Assembly: GCA_900543705.1 (NCBI GenBank)
Contig: UQSL01000002.1
Location: 34,296-98,295, forward strand
From: an uncultured Oscillospiraceae bacterium
Lineage (GTDB): Bacteria > Bacillota > Clostridia > Oscillospirales > Ruminococcaceae
Length of the DNA: 64,000 nt
Reading direction: 5' to 3'
Shown here: positions 28,619 to 37,447 of the stretch, piece by piece
Layout: each line of letters opens with the position of its first letter
How positions within the stretch are numbered: position 1 is the first letter of the stretch
Translations under genes and position numbers: made by a program
Notes under the pieces: model-generated
What the model saw: only the letters and a program-made list of their open reading frames with translations
The model's database searches: none
Told to the model about the DNA's origin: nothing

Positions 28619-29374
28619 ATGCTGTACCTGATTTATGACGGGAGCTTTCCGGGCTTCCTGACTGCGGTTTTTGAGGCGTTTGCCAGAAAAACAGAGGAAC
28701 TTGATTTTGTGGCGGAACAAAACCGCATTCCAACTTTTTATGACGAACATATGGTCTCATATGACCGGAAAAAGGCGGGAAGGGTCTATCGGGCGATAAC
28801 GGAAAAACTGTGCGTTTCATGCTATGACCGGATATTCCACGCATGGTTGTCCCATCAGGAAGGGATCGAGCGGGATATTTTATTGTTTTTAAAGATGTCC
28901 TTGGAACGGGGCAAAGATCTGTGGACCATGCTCTCCGATCCGGTCATTGCAAGGGTGAATGCCGCCGCGCGGGCTGTCGAGCGGGAAGCGGAGCTCTACC
29001 TCGGGATCCTGCGGTTTCGCAGGGCGGGGGAAGTTTACGTGGCGGATATCGAATCCAAGAGAGAGATTTTGCCGGTGCTTGCCCCGCACTTTTCCGAACG
29101 CTTTACCGACCAACCGTTTTTGATTCGGGACAGAAATTTCCATCAGGCGTTTTTCTGCGCAAATGGGAAAACCGGCTATCTCCCGATGGAGGAATTTATA
29201 GAATTAGAAGAAATATCGGACAAGGACGAATACGAGGCCATGTGGAAAGCATATTATCGGAGTACAGCCATTAATGAGCGGAAAAACCGCAAGGTCATGC
29301 TCAGCCACATGCCAAAATACACTTGGAAGTATTTGGTTGAACGAGAGGACATGGAAAGGAGCCGTGCAAGATGA
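28619..29374 (+). CDS. TIGR03915/DUF4130-family putative DNA metabolism protein
   Basis: Start at MLYLIYDGSFPGFLTAVFEAF (TAGGAGGA RBS), 10 nt after the radical-SAM stop. This is the conserved partner of TIGR03916. Confidence 0.75.
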   Translation: MLYLIYDGSFPGFLTAVFEAFARKTEELDFVAEQNRIPTFYDEHMVSYDRKKAGRVYRAITEKLCVSCYDRIFHAWLSHQEGIERDILLFLKMSLERGKDLWTMLSDPVIARVNAAARAVEREAELYLGILRFRRAGEVYVADIESKREILPVLAPHFSERFTDQPFLIRDRNFHQAFFCANGKTGYLPMEEFIELEEISDKDEYEAMWKAYYRSTAINERKNRKVMLSHMPKYTWKYLVEREDMERSRAR

Positions 29375-29680
29375 GACAGATGTTTTTGGTAAAGGGTACA
29401 AGAGAGATGAAGGTTGCCGTCGCCGGGATGGGAGGCGGTATCTCGGTACAGCGTCTGCCTGTGGAGGAAGACCGCCTGACCCATGCCAGAAGGGAATTTT
29501 ACCGGATTTTTTCCTCCCAGTCCCGTCCAGCATGATCGGTCTTCCATCCGGAGGGATTCAAAGGTTTCTTACCGGCAGCCCACCCGTCGTTGCAGAACAG
29601 CCGAAACAATTTATTCAGGACAATTTACCCGGAAAACTCAGGCAGCACCCCAATTCGACCGGAAGGTCATGATCAGTTCG

Positions 29681-29718
29681 AAAAAGCAGAGAAACAGTAT
29701 ACTGTTTCTCTGCTTTTT
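29681..29718. terminator. perfect 18-bp hairpin terminator
   Basis: AAAAAGCAGAGAAACAGT-at-ACTGTTTCTCTGCTTTTT. Confidence 0.7.
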
Positions 29719-29827
29719 AAAAAAATAAAGGCGATTTTAGAAAGAAACGCTAGGAAAACAAATGATTTTCGGCAAAATAGTCCAAAAAAGAAGGCAAAAC
29801 ATTATAAACAATTTTGATTCAAAAGGA

Positions 29828-29856
29828 TTGATTCTCAATTGATTATAAGTTATAAT
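29828..29856 (+). promoter_or_regulatory. promoter of the adh operon
   Basis: TTGATT, 17 nt, TATAAT. Confidence 0.55.
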
Positions 29857-29869
29857 ACTTAATATAAGA

Positions 29870-29885
29870 TGTTAATTAATTCACA
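29870..29885 (+). promoter_or_regulatory. candidate Rex (redox-sensing repressor) operator
   Basis: TGTTAA-ttaa-TTCACA compared with consensus TGTGAA-N4-TTCACA / TTGTTAA-N4-TTAACAA. Lies between the -10 box and the RBS of an alcohol dehydrogenase. Confidence 0.5.
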
Positions 29886-29913
29886 AACTAATTGATGCAA
29901 AGGAGAAAAGCAC

Positions 29914-30975
29914 ATGAAAGGTTACGCAATGCTCAAAATCGGCGAATCCGGCTGGATTGAGAAAGACAGACCCGAGTGCGGGCCGCTCGATGCCATCTGT
30001 AAACCATTGGCAGTGGCTATCTGTACTTCCGATGTCCATACCCTCTGGGAGGGCGCAATCGGTGAACGCCACAACATGATCCTTGGCCACGAATGCTGTG
30101 CAGAGGTCGTTGAGGTCGGTTCCCTGGTCAAGGATTTCAAGCCGGGCGACCGCGTCCTGGTTCCTGCAATCACCCCGGACTGGAATTCTCTTGAGGCTCA
30201 GGCTGGTTATTCCATGCATTCCGGCGGTATGCTCGCAGGCTGGAAATTCTCCAACTTCAAAGACGGCGTATTCTCTGAATACTTCCATGTCAACGACGCG
30301 GACGGCAACCTGGCGCTTCTGCCCTCCAATATCTCCCCGGTTGACGCCTGCATGCTCTCCGACATGGTACCGACCGGCTTCCACGGCGTTGAGCTCGCGG
30401 ATGTTCAGTTCGGCGACACGGTCCTTGTCATCGGTATCGGCCCTGTCGGCCTGATGTCCGTTGCCGGTGCAAACCTCCGCGGCGCTTCCCGCATCATCGC
30501 AGTCGGCACCCGTCCGGTCTGTGTGGAAGCTGCAAAAGGCTACGGAGCAACCGACTTCATCAGCTACAAAGACGGTTCCATTGAGGACCAGGTTCTTGCG
30601 ATGACTGACGGCAAGGGCGTTGACAAAGTCATCGTCGCAGGCGGCGGATGCGAGACTTTTGAGTCCGCGGTCAAATGCCTCAAGCCAGGCGGAAAGATCG
30701 GAAACGTCAACTATCTCGGCAGCGGCACCTATGTCACCATCCCGCGTGTGGAATGGGGTGTCGGCATGGGCCACAAGCAGATCAACGGCGGCCTGATGCC
30801 GGGCGGACGTCTGCGTATGGAAAAACTCGGCGCACTCGTTTCTGCCGGTAAGCTCGATGTCCATCCGCTTGCAAGCCATGTCTTTGACGGCTGGGAGCAT
30901 CTCGAGGAAGCCCTATTCATGATGCGCGACAAACCGTCTGATCTGATCAAACCGGTTGTCAAAATCTCCGACTAA
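29914..30975 (+). CDS. adh: NADP-dependent Zn secondary-alcohol (isopropanol) dehydrogenase, TbADH/CbADH-type
   Basis: 353 aa. Colinear with my recollection of TbADH/CbADH: MKG.AML, CTSD (Cys37), GHE (His59), DMVPTGFHG (Asp150), GIGPVGLM, VGTRP, GGRLRMEKL. Confidence 0.9.
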   Translation: MKGYAMLKIGESGWIEKDRPECGPLDAICKPLAVAICTSDVHTLWEGAIGERHNMILGHECCAEVVEVGSLVKDFKPGDRVLVPAITPDWNSLEAQAGYSMHSGGMLAGWKFSNFKDGVFSEYFHVNDADGNLALLPSNISPVDACMLSDMVPTGFHGVELADVQFGDTVLVIGIGPVGLMSVAGANLRGASRIIAVGTRPVCVEAAKGYGATDFISYKDGSIEDQVLAMTDGKGVDKVIVAGGGCETFESAVKCLKPGGKIGNVNYLGSGTYVTIPRVEWGVGMGHKQINGGLMPGGRLRMEKLGALVSAGKLDVHPLASHVFDGWEHLEEALFMMRDKPSDLIKPVVKISD

Positions 30976-30994
30976 GTAAGGAAACCGTGATATC

Positions 30995-31936
30995 ATGAAG
31001 ATTTTAGTGATCTCCGGGTTTTTAGGCGCCGGCAAGACGACCTTTATAAAGGAGCTTGCAAAACGCACTCACCGAGATTTTGCCGTGATGGAAAACGAAT
31101 ACGGCGAAGTCGGCATTGACGGGCAACTGCTTTCAGAGGACGGGCAGGAGCCTTCGGAAAAGATAAATATATGGGAACTGACCGAGGGTTGTATCTGCTG
31201 TTCGATGAAATCGGATTTTGCCTCGTCCATCCTGACGATTGCCAATACGGTTGACCCGGAATACCTGGTGGTGGAGCCGACCGGCGTGGGGATGCTCAGC
31301 AAGGTGATGAAAAACATCCGCCAGATTCAGTATGAGCGGATTTCTCTGTTAAGCCCGATTACCATCCTCGACGGCAACTCTTTTGTCCGCTACCTGGAAG
31401 AATTCCCGGAAATTTACCGGGACCAGATTGCGGCAGCGGGAAGCATCCTCGTCTCCAAGATGGAGGGGGCGGATAAGGACGACCTCTTCCGGCTGGGGCA
31501 GGAACTGCGCGCCATCAACTCGAAAGCTGAAATCTTCACCGATCACTACACCTCCAATCCCGATGCGTGGTGGGAAGGGCTGCTGGCCCGGCCGTTCGGC
31601 TCTTTAAAGCCGACTTCGAGCGAAGCGGATGCACCCGACCTGGAAAACCTAGGCCTGACGGAGGTGGAATTGCCCTCCGCAAACCATCTTCTGCTGTTTT
31701 TGCAGGGGGTCGTCTCCGGCGTGTTCGGGGATATCTGCCGGGCCAAGGGATACCTGAAAGCTGGAAACGCCTGGTTGCGCTTTGATGTGGCGGACAGGAC
31801 CTACAGCATCACCGGCATCGAGGAAATGCCGGATTCCCGCAGCATTTTTATCGGGAAGGATCTCAAGCGGGGCTGGCTGCGCGAAGCTCTGCAGAAAAAG
31901 CTGCGTGTAGCCCCTGTAAAAATGAGAAAACGTTAA
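30995..31936 (+). CDS. COG0523-family (CobW/ZNG1-like) metallochaperone GTPase
   Basis: Walker A GFLGAGKTT, CxCC motif GCICCS, C-terminal CobW_C-like domain. Starts 19 nt after adh. Confidence 0.85.
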   Translation: MKILVISGFLGAGKTTFIKELAKRTHRDFAVMENEYGEVGIDGQLLSEDGQEPSEKINIWELTEGCICCSMKSDFASSILTIANTVDPEYLVVEPTGVGMLSKVMKNIRQIQYERISLLSPITILDGNSFVRYLEEFPEIYRDQIAAAGSILVSKMEGADKDDLFRLGQELRAINSKAEIFTDHYTSNPDAWWEGLLARPFGSLKPTSSEADAPDLENLGLTEVELPSANHLLLFLQGVVSGVFGDICRAKGYLKAGNAWLRFDVADRTYSITGIEEMPDSRSIFIGKDLKRGWLREALQKKLRVAPVKMRKR

Positions 31937-31947
31937 AATCATTATCC

Positions 31948-31985
31948 AAAAAGCCCTGGCGATTTTCCCTCGCCAGGGCTTTTTA
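31948..31985 (+). terminator. terminator of the adh/COG0523 operon
   Basis: AAAAAGCCCTGGCGA-ttttccc-TCGCCAGGGCTTTTT. Confidence 0.7.
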
Positions 31986-32012
31986 GTGCCCGGTAAAAAG
32001 GGGAGATAGACA

Positions 32013-32480
32013 ATGGAACTTGTCCAGGAAACGGAGCGGCTTGTCGAGCAGCGAAAACCATCCTTGCCGGGATGCCGCTGGAATTTTCGGGAAAGCTGAT
32101 AGAAGCGGCCAGCTCCAAGAGCTCCCATTGGCTTGTGGCACTCAAAGAGGGAGCATCCGCTGGATTTGTCATGCTCGAAATGGAGAAAGGGGAGCCGGGA
32201 GGCTATGGGCTTTGGTTTGTCCTTCCGCAGTACTGACACCACGGGATTGTCCCCTCGCCGGCAGGTTGCCGTCCGGGGGGATTACCGCAGCAGGGGACTT
32301 GGACGGGCTGTCCTTGCCCATGGGGTGAACAAATCCCTCTGCGAGAGAGGTATAAGAAAATCCGCCTCGGGGCTTTGGAATGCAACCGCGCGGCATGGAT
32401 GCTGTATGAGTCGCTGGGGTTTTTCAGCCCGGGTGTTCTTATCGCAGCTTCTGTACCAGGTGCCGCCAGCCAAAGCTTAA
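32013..32480 (+). pseudogene. GNAT N-acetyltransferase gene with at least 3 frameshifts
   Basis: A good RBS and ATG give MELVQETERLVEQ. Later pieces are GASAGFVMLEMEKGEPGGYGLWFVLPQY (frame 2), QVAVRGDYRSRGLGRAVLAHGVN (frame 3) and LECNRAAWMLYESLGFF (frame 2). Confidence 0.55.
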
Positions 32481-33080
32481 GGCGAAAAGGAAAACCGCCC
32501 CGAGCAGTAGCCATAGTTTATTCTGTGAACTGCCGGCGGACATCGAAAAGAGGTAGAAGCTCCCAAGTTTGTCCCCGGCAAAAAAATTCAGTATAAAATA
32601 TCCGGCCGGGACAAGGTACCCGGCGACGAGGTTGCCGATAACCGCACAGGTAAGGAATCCGAGCGCTCCCAAAAACAGAGCGGAAGAAAGAGTGCCGAAC
32701 AGCATTTTTCCAAAGCCAAAGGTGCATCCACTCATGCTCATGATCCCCAGAAAGGTACTGAGGAGGACGATGAGCAGCAAAACGGACTGGAGCACCCTAT
32801 TTAACAGGATGGGGAGGGATCCCATCCGCTTAGATTCCGTAAGCTCCCGGATGTTTGGGTTTTGCTCCGGGAAAAAGAGAGGGGTAAACAGCAGCGCCCC
32901 GCTCAAAATAAGATAGCGTTCAAGCACATACGCGGTCGCGGTCTCATCAAGATTGCAAATCCCGAAGATGACAGGCGTTGCCGCTGCAAGCAGCAGGCTT
33001 AGCAAAAAACTAACCCCGGTGATCAGTTTTATCTGCACCTTTGATACGGCCCAGAGCTCTTTGCAGCTTTGCGTAAACAT
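32439..33080 (-). CDS. polytopic membrane protein, last gene of the sigma/ABC operon
   Basis: 213 aa, ~6 TM. Overlaps the preceding permease by 71 nt, so the start is uncertain. Confidence 0.5.
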   Translation of the reverse strand: MFTQSCKELWAVSKVQIKLITGVSFLLSLLLAAATPVIFGICNLDETATAYVLERYLILSGALLFTPLFFPEQNPNIRELTESKRMGSLPILLNRVLQSVLLLIVLLSTFLGIMSMSGCTFGFGKMLFGTLSSALFLGALGFLTCAVIGNLVAGYLVPAGYFILNFFAGDKLGSFYLFSMSAGSSQNKLWLLLGAVFLFALSFGWRHLVQKLR

Positions 33081-34335
33081 CGCACTTCCCCCTCCTTTTC
33101 AGCTCATAGACAACGATGGTGGCGGCAAGCAGCAACAGCGCCGCTCCTACATAAAATAGACGGTTGAACAGCAGGGCGCCCAAGTTCTGATGTACGACAT
33201 CCGCTTTCCAAAGGGAATTATGACGAATCGCAAGGGACAGGCCGTATTTCCCGCTCGAAATCCCGCTTCCGGTGAAGATACTGAACATGCTGTACAAAAA
33301 CATCAGGGCAACGCCAACGGGGGTATCGGTCAAAACGGTGAAGAAAAAGCCGACTGAAGTGGAGATCATCAGTGTCGGGAGCAGCCACGCGAGGATATAG
33401 TTCGCGAAGGCTAAGTAGTCCACACTCCATCCCTGCGAGGAACCATAAAGCGACAGCTCAAAAAGTGCCGGCAGGGAGAGCAGGAAAAAAGGAAGAATGA
33501 GCATCGTGAGCACGGCGAGATAGCGCATCAGGATAAAGCCCGCAGAGGGGATACAGCGGGAGGCGATAAGCTCGGTGCATCCTCCTCTGCGGTCGCGCAG
33601 CAAAAAGGCGACGGGGACAAAGACGGAAAACAGGGCGCACACAATCCCCATATAATCGCAGAACAGCCGGGCGTAGGGCCGGGTGACATGTTCGGCTGTG
33701 ATAATCTCATTTTGTTCAGCAGATTTTTCCTCATAGGTGACAGGCACATGTCCATAGGATTTCAGGTTGTTGCGCGCATAATTTGATCCCCCGCCAATCA
33801 TGGCGTCCATTTCCTCCATATACTGTTTAAACTGTTCGTAGTCCACTTGAATGGGGATGAAGTCCTCAAAGTTCAGGGAATTTTTAAGAATGGGCATATT
33901 GGGGTCAAATTTGGAGAATGCCTCCTGAATGGATTGGGCCAGCTCGGAAGGGGTTAGCCCGGTGATATCCCTGATAATTTCCGCCACTCTTGCCTGCTGA
34001 GAATCATTTAAACGTGCATTTTTATAAAACCCAATCGGATAGGCGACATATTTGTTTTCCTGATACTCTTGCCACAGGGTAAAAGTGGCGGCGGGCATAA
34101 CCTGTTCCGGAATTTCCGCGCTGCGGGTTCCATAACTGTCCAAACCCTCCGGAGGAACCATCAGAGGATTGGAATCGTTGTAGATGGTATTCTGCTTTGC
34201 CTCCCGGATATCATTCCCGGCAAAATCGGGTCCAAGCTGGGTGGCATAAAAAACAAGGATTACACCGATAAATACCCAGTAGAGGACACTTTTTAAAATC
34301 TGGCGGCATTCCTTCAGAAAAAGTGCGGGGTACAT
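33010..34335 (-). CDS. ABC-2-type transporter permease with a large extracytoplasmic loop
   Basis: 441 aa. N-terminal TM, ~200-aa hydrophilic region, then 5 TM. ATGA overlap with the ATPase stop. Confidence 0.6.
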   Translation of the reverse strand: MYPALFLKECRQILKSVLYWVFIGVILVFYATQLGPDFAGNDIREAKQNTIYNDSNPLMVPPEGLDSYGTRSAEIPEQVMPAATFTLWQEYQENKYVAYPIGFYKNARLNDSQQARVAEIIRDITGLTPSELAQSIQEAFSKFDPNMPILKNSLNFEDFIPIQVDYEQFKQYMEEMDAMIGGGSNYARNNLKSYGHVPVTYEEKSAEQNEIITAEHVTRPYARLFCDYMGIVCALFSVFVPVAFLLRDRRGGCTELIASRCIPSAGFILMRYLAVLTMLILPFFLLSLPALFELSLYGSSQGWSVDYLAFANYILAWLLPTLMISTSVGFFFTVLTDTPVGVALMFLYSMFSIFTGSGISSGKYGLSLAIRHNSLWKADVVHQNLGALLFNRLFYVGAALLLLAATIVVYELKRRGKCDVYAKLQRALGRIKGADKTDHRG

Positions 34336-35051
34336 CAGTGCAGTCCTCCCATCTTTTTCATATAGGCCGCTTCCAGGCCTTCCTCCTCGCCTATGTAGTC
34401 GGCGAGCGTTCCATTGTAAATCAATCGGCCCTCGTTTAAAATGGCAATATTTTTACAGGTTTTCTCAATATCCTCTACAATGTGGGTGGAGAGCAGAACG
34501 ATGCGGTCCTTGGCGATATCGCACAGGAGGCCCCGAAAGCGCACGCGCTCCTCCGGGTCGAGCCCTGCGGTCGGCTCATCCACAATTAACACCTGGGGGT
34601 CGTGCAATATCGCCTGCGCGATGCCGAGCCTGCGGCGCATCCCGCCCGATAGGGTACGCACCCTCAGGTTCCGGCAGTCATCCAGATTGACCTGAGCGAG
34701 CAGGGTCGGGATACGCTCTCTGCGGATTTTTTTCGGTACATCCGAAAGCACGCCGAGATAGTCCATCGCCTGGTACACGGTCATATTTGGATAAAAATCG
34801 AAATCCTGCGGCAGGTAGCCCACAAGGTCGCGCACTTTGGCGGCCTGCTCGACCGGGATGCCGCAAACGGTGACTTTGCCCTCCGTTTTGTTGAGCAGCG
34901 TCGCCAAGATGCGCATCAGGGTGGTCTTGCCCGCCCCGTTTCGTCCGAGCAGGCCGAACATCCCGTTATGCAGGGTGAGATTGACATGGGACAAAGCCTG
35001 TTTTTGTCCAAAGCGCTTGGACAGGTTTTCTATGGTAATTTGAGCGTTCAT
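34335..35051 (-). CDS. ABC transporter ATP-binding protein
   Basis: Walker A GRNGAGKTT, signature LSGGMRRR, Walker B LIVDEPT. Confidence 0.9.
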   Translation of the reverse strand: MNAQITIENLSKRFGQKQALSHVNLTLHNGMFGLLGRNGAGKTTLMRILATLLNKTEGKVTVCGIPVEQAAKVRDLVGYLPQDFDFYPNMTVYQAMDYLGVLSDVPKKIRRERIPTLLAQVNLDDCRNLRVRTLSGGMRRRLGIAQAILHDPQVLIVDEPTAGLDPEERVRFRGLLCDIAKDRIVLLSTHIVEDIEKTCKNIAILNEGRLIYNGTLADYIGEEEGLEAAYMKKMGGLH

Positions 35052-35057
35052 ATTTCG

Positions 35058-35329
35058 TTATTCCTCCAATCGATGACGGCGCGAGAGCATGGCGTCCGCG
35101 GCAAAGCCGATGATGAGAAAAGCGCCGCACACTGCCAGCAGATAGTTCAGCCCTCCATAGGGGATAAAAAAAGAAACAAAAACAGCACAGCGAGCACGCT
35201 GTACACAAGTATGCTGCGCAAAAATAACCTGCGATTTTTTTCCCTTGCGGCCTGCTTTTGCTGTTCCTCGTGTTCCAAACGCGCGGCAATCTTCCACATA
35301 CCGTCTAAAAATTCCCGGTTGTCTTTCAT
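35058..35329 (-). pseudogene. small membrane anti-sigma-like gene interrupted at an A7/T7 run
   Basis: MKDNREFLDGMWKI...LAVLFLFLFLSPMEG stops at 35147. The +1 frame continues FIPYGGLNYLLAVCGAFLIIGFAADAMLSRRHRLEE to 35058, just before the ATPase RBS. The homopolymer is at 35166-35172. Confidence 0.5.
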
Positions 35330-35869
35330 CTTTCTTCCCCTCCCAATAGCTTCTTCTTGAGCGCCTTTCTGGCCCGATACATTGTAATCTTGATTTGTGC
35401 GGCGGATTTGCCCATGATTTTCGCAATTTCCCCATAAGGCATCTGTTCGAAAGCGAACAGATAAAGCACCGTGCGGTAATCGGGCGGCAGGGCCATAAAT
35501 GCGGACTTGAGCCTGCTGAAATCCTCCTTTGCCAGTACAGAGGTTTCTGGCAGCCCCTCCCTGGAATTGAGGAGCAGTTCCTCCTCACAAAGCTCCGACC
35601 ACTCCCTACGGGTGCGGGACAAATCCGTGCACTGGTTTCGGATCATTGCATAGAGATAGGTCTTGAGGGAAGCGCCTTCCCGCCAATGGTTCCGCCTGAC
35701 GTAGAGCTTCGCGAAACACTCCTGGACAATGTCCTCCGCGTCATAGCGGTCGGCGGTGAATCGGACGGCGAACCGGACCGCATGTTCCCGGTATTTGAGC
35801 ACGAGCGTTTCAAACGCCTGTTTGTCCCCCCTGCGCCGCCTGCCGCATCAGCTGGTCGTCCTCCCCCAT
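35326..35869 (-). pseudogene. ECF-type sigma-70 family factor with a 1-nt frameshift in a G6/C6 run
   Basis: An ATG with GGAGGTG RBS at 35869 gives MGEDDQLMRQAAQG, then a stop. Removing one G (35826-35831) restores GDKQAFETLVLKYREHAVRF..., the canonical ECF N-terminus. Regions 2 and 4 (35326-35802) are intact. Confidence 0.7.
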
Positions 35870-36201
35870 GGCCTTCACCTCCATCCGTTTCCATTAGCTT
35901 ACACGATCGACAGACGAAAAAGTTACAGGGATATGAAAATTTTTAACCGGAAATTATTGAAGGCGTTTTTCCGCTTGCGGATGGGTACGGCTGTTTTTGC
36001 CATGCTTTCTTTTGGGCGACGTTCTCTGATTCTACCTGCCTTTTCAGAGTCCCTCGCTTTGTGCCGGGGAGCACTGCGTCCGGCAATCGCCTACACATGG
36101 ATGACGGGAAATCCTTTTAAGAAAGGTAATCCGATATGGAATCATGCATGGTGCAGGCAAAGGAGCCACCCAAACAGAAAGCTTCGTGCGGGGCACTTTC
36201 A

Positions 36202-36230
36202 TTGACAAGAGGAGGGGGATGGGGTAAGAT
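36202..36230 (+). promoter_or_regulatory. promoter of the cobalamin operon
   Basis: TTGACA, 17 nt, TAAGAT. Confidence 0.55.
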
Positions 36231-36295
36231 AAAATCAGCCGTTTCGGGGCCCTGATTCAAGGCGGAACCTGGGACGGGAAATGAGTGAAATCAAT

Positions 36296-36486
36296 GTCCA
36301 AACGGTGCCGGATACAGTTTCCATTTTCCGGAGAATAGGGAAGTATCGGGTGAAAATCCCGCGCGGTCCCCGCCGCTGTGAACGGATGAAACACCGGCAA
36401 GTATGCCACTGTCCCCTTATCCTGTGGGGCCGGGAAGGCGCCGGAAGAAAATCCGCAAGCCAGAAGACCTGCCTTTGGACGCTCGA
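36296..36486 (+). promoter_or_regulatory. cobalamin (B12) riboswitch
   Basis: AATAGGGAAG..GGTGAAAATCCCGCGCGGTCCCCGCCGCTGT, GCCACTG...GGGAAGGC, and B12 box AGCCAGAAGACCTGCC. Confidence 0.85.
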
Positions 36487-36562
36487 AGCGTAACTTTCAC
36501 GGACGGATGGGAGTGGTATCGTGCACCGGAATTCCCACGGGGATTTCCGGATTTTGGTGCAT

Positions 36563-36607
36563 GTCCGCTTTTGGCCTGGGGCTAACAAAGCGGACGTTTG
36601 TTTTTTA
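36563..36607 (+). terminator. riboswitch expression-platform terminator
   Basis: GTCCGCTTT-...-AAAGCGGAC followed by GTTTGTTTTTT, 35 nt before cbiK. Confidence 0.6.
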
Positions 36608-36641
36608 CAGTGCGCCGTCAATGAGAAAGTGAGGAATCACC

Positions 36642-37415
36642 ATGAAACAGGCAATCGTGGTCGTCAGCTTTGGGACGACTCATCCGGATACGAGAGAACA
36701 GGCGATCGGGGCGGTGGAACGGGCGGTGCAGGCCCGCTTCCCGGATATTCCGGTGTACCGGGCATTTACGTCCCGCGTGGTCATCAAGGTAACGAAAGAA
36801 AACGAGGGGCTTGCCATTCCCTCGCTCGGAGAGCTGATGGATTCCCTTCGCACGCAGGGAGTAACCCATCTGACGGTCCAGCCGACCCATATTATCCACG
36901 GGGAGGAATATGACAAGCTATGCGCGGAGGTACAGGCCCACGCGGCGGGCTTTGAGAGCATCCGGCTCGGGGAGCCGCTTTTGGATAAGACAGAGGATTA
37001 TTTTGCCGTGCTCAACGCGGCGGTGCCCTTTTACCAGCTGAAAGAAGGGGAGGCCCTGTTATGGATGGGGCACGGGACGTCCCACTTTGCGGACGCGGCA
37101 TACTCTGCACTCGATTCCATGGCAAAGGACGCAGGATATGACAACGTCTTTGTGACTACGGTGGAGGGATACCCCACGCTGGAGGCGGCGGAAAAAAAGC
37201 TGAACCAGGCGGGATACCGCAGCATCTGCCTTGCCCCGATGATGGTCGTCGCGGGCGACCACGCAAAAAACGATATGGCAGGCGAAGAGGACAGCTTCCT
37301 GAGTAAGCTGACAGAAGAGGGCTACACGGTGCGCTGTGTGCTCACAGGCCTTGGGAGTATCCCGGCGGTGCAGGCAATCTACCTAACCCATCTGGAACAG
37401 GCGAAGGAACGATAA
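36642..37415 (+). CDS. cbiK: sirohydrochlorin cobaltochelatase (anaerobic, CbiK)
   Basis: AIVVVSFGTTHPDTRE..., MGHGTSH, MMVVAGDHAKNDM. Colinear with Salmonella CbiK as I recall it. Confidence 0.9.
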   Translation: MKQAIVVVSFGTTHPDTREQAIGAVERAVQARFPDIPVYRAFTSRVVIKVTKENEGLAIPSLGELMDSLRTQGVTHLTVQPTHIIHGEEYDKLCAEVQAHAAGFESIRLGEPLLDKTEDYFAVLNAAVPFYQLKEGEALLWMGHGTSHFADAAYSALDSMAKDAGYDNVFVTTVEGYPTLEAAEKKLNQAGYRSICLAPMMVVAGDHAKNDMAGEEDSFLSKLTEEGYTVRCVLTGLGSIPAVQAIYLTHLEQAKER

Positions 37416-37447
37416 CCCATATTGGCGGACAGCGAGGAGGTGCGGCG

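Noticed and set aside
29371-29535. 54-codon ORF in ATGA overlap with the TIGR03915 gene stop, and a 33-codon minus-strand ORF at ~29505-29620
   Set aside because: No family resemblance and poor composition. Nothing supports either beyond the overlap geometry. Kept only as a note in the radical-SAM finding.
35756-36205. 149-aa ORF between the sigma gene and the cob promoter
   Set aside because: It starts inside the sigma gene on the opposite strand, has no RBS, and ends at the cob promoter -35 box.
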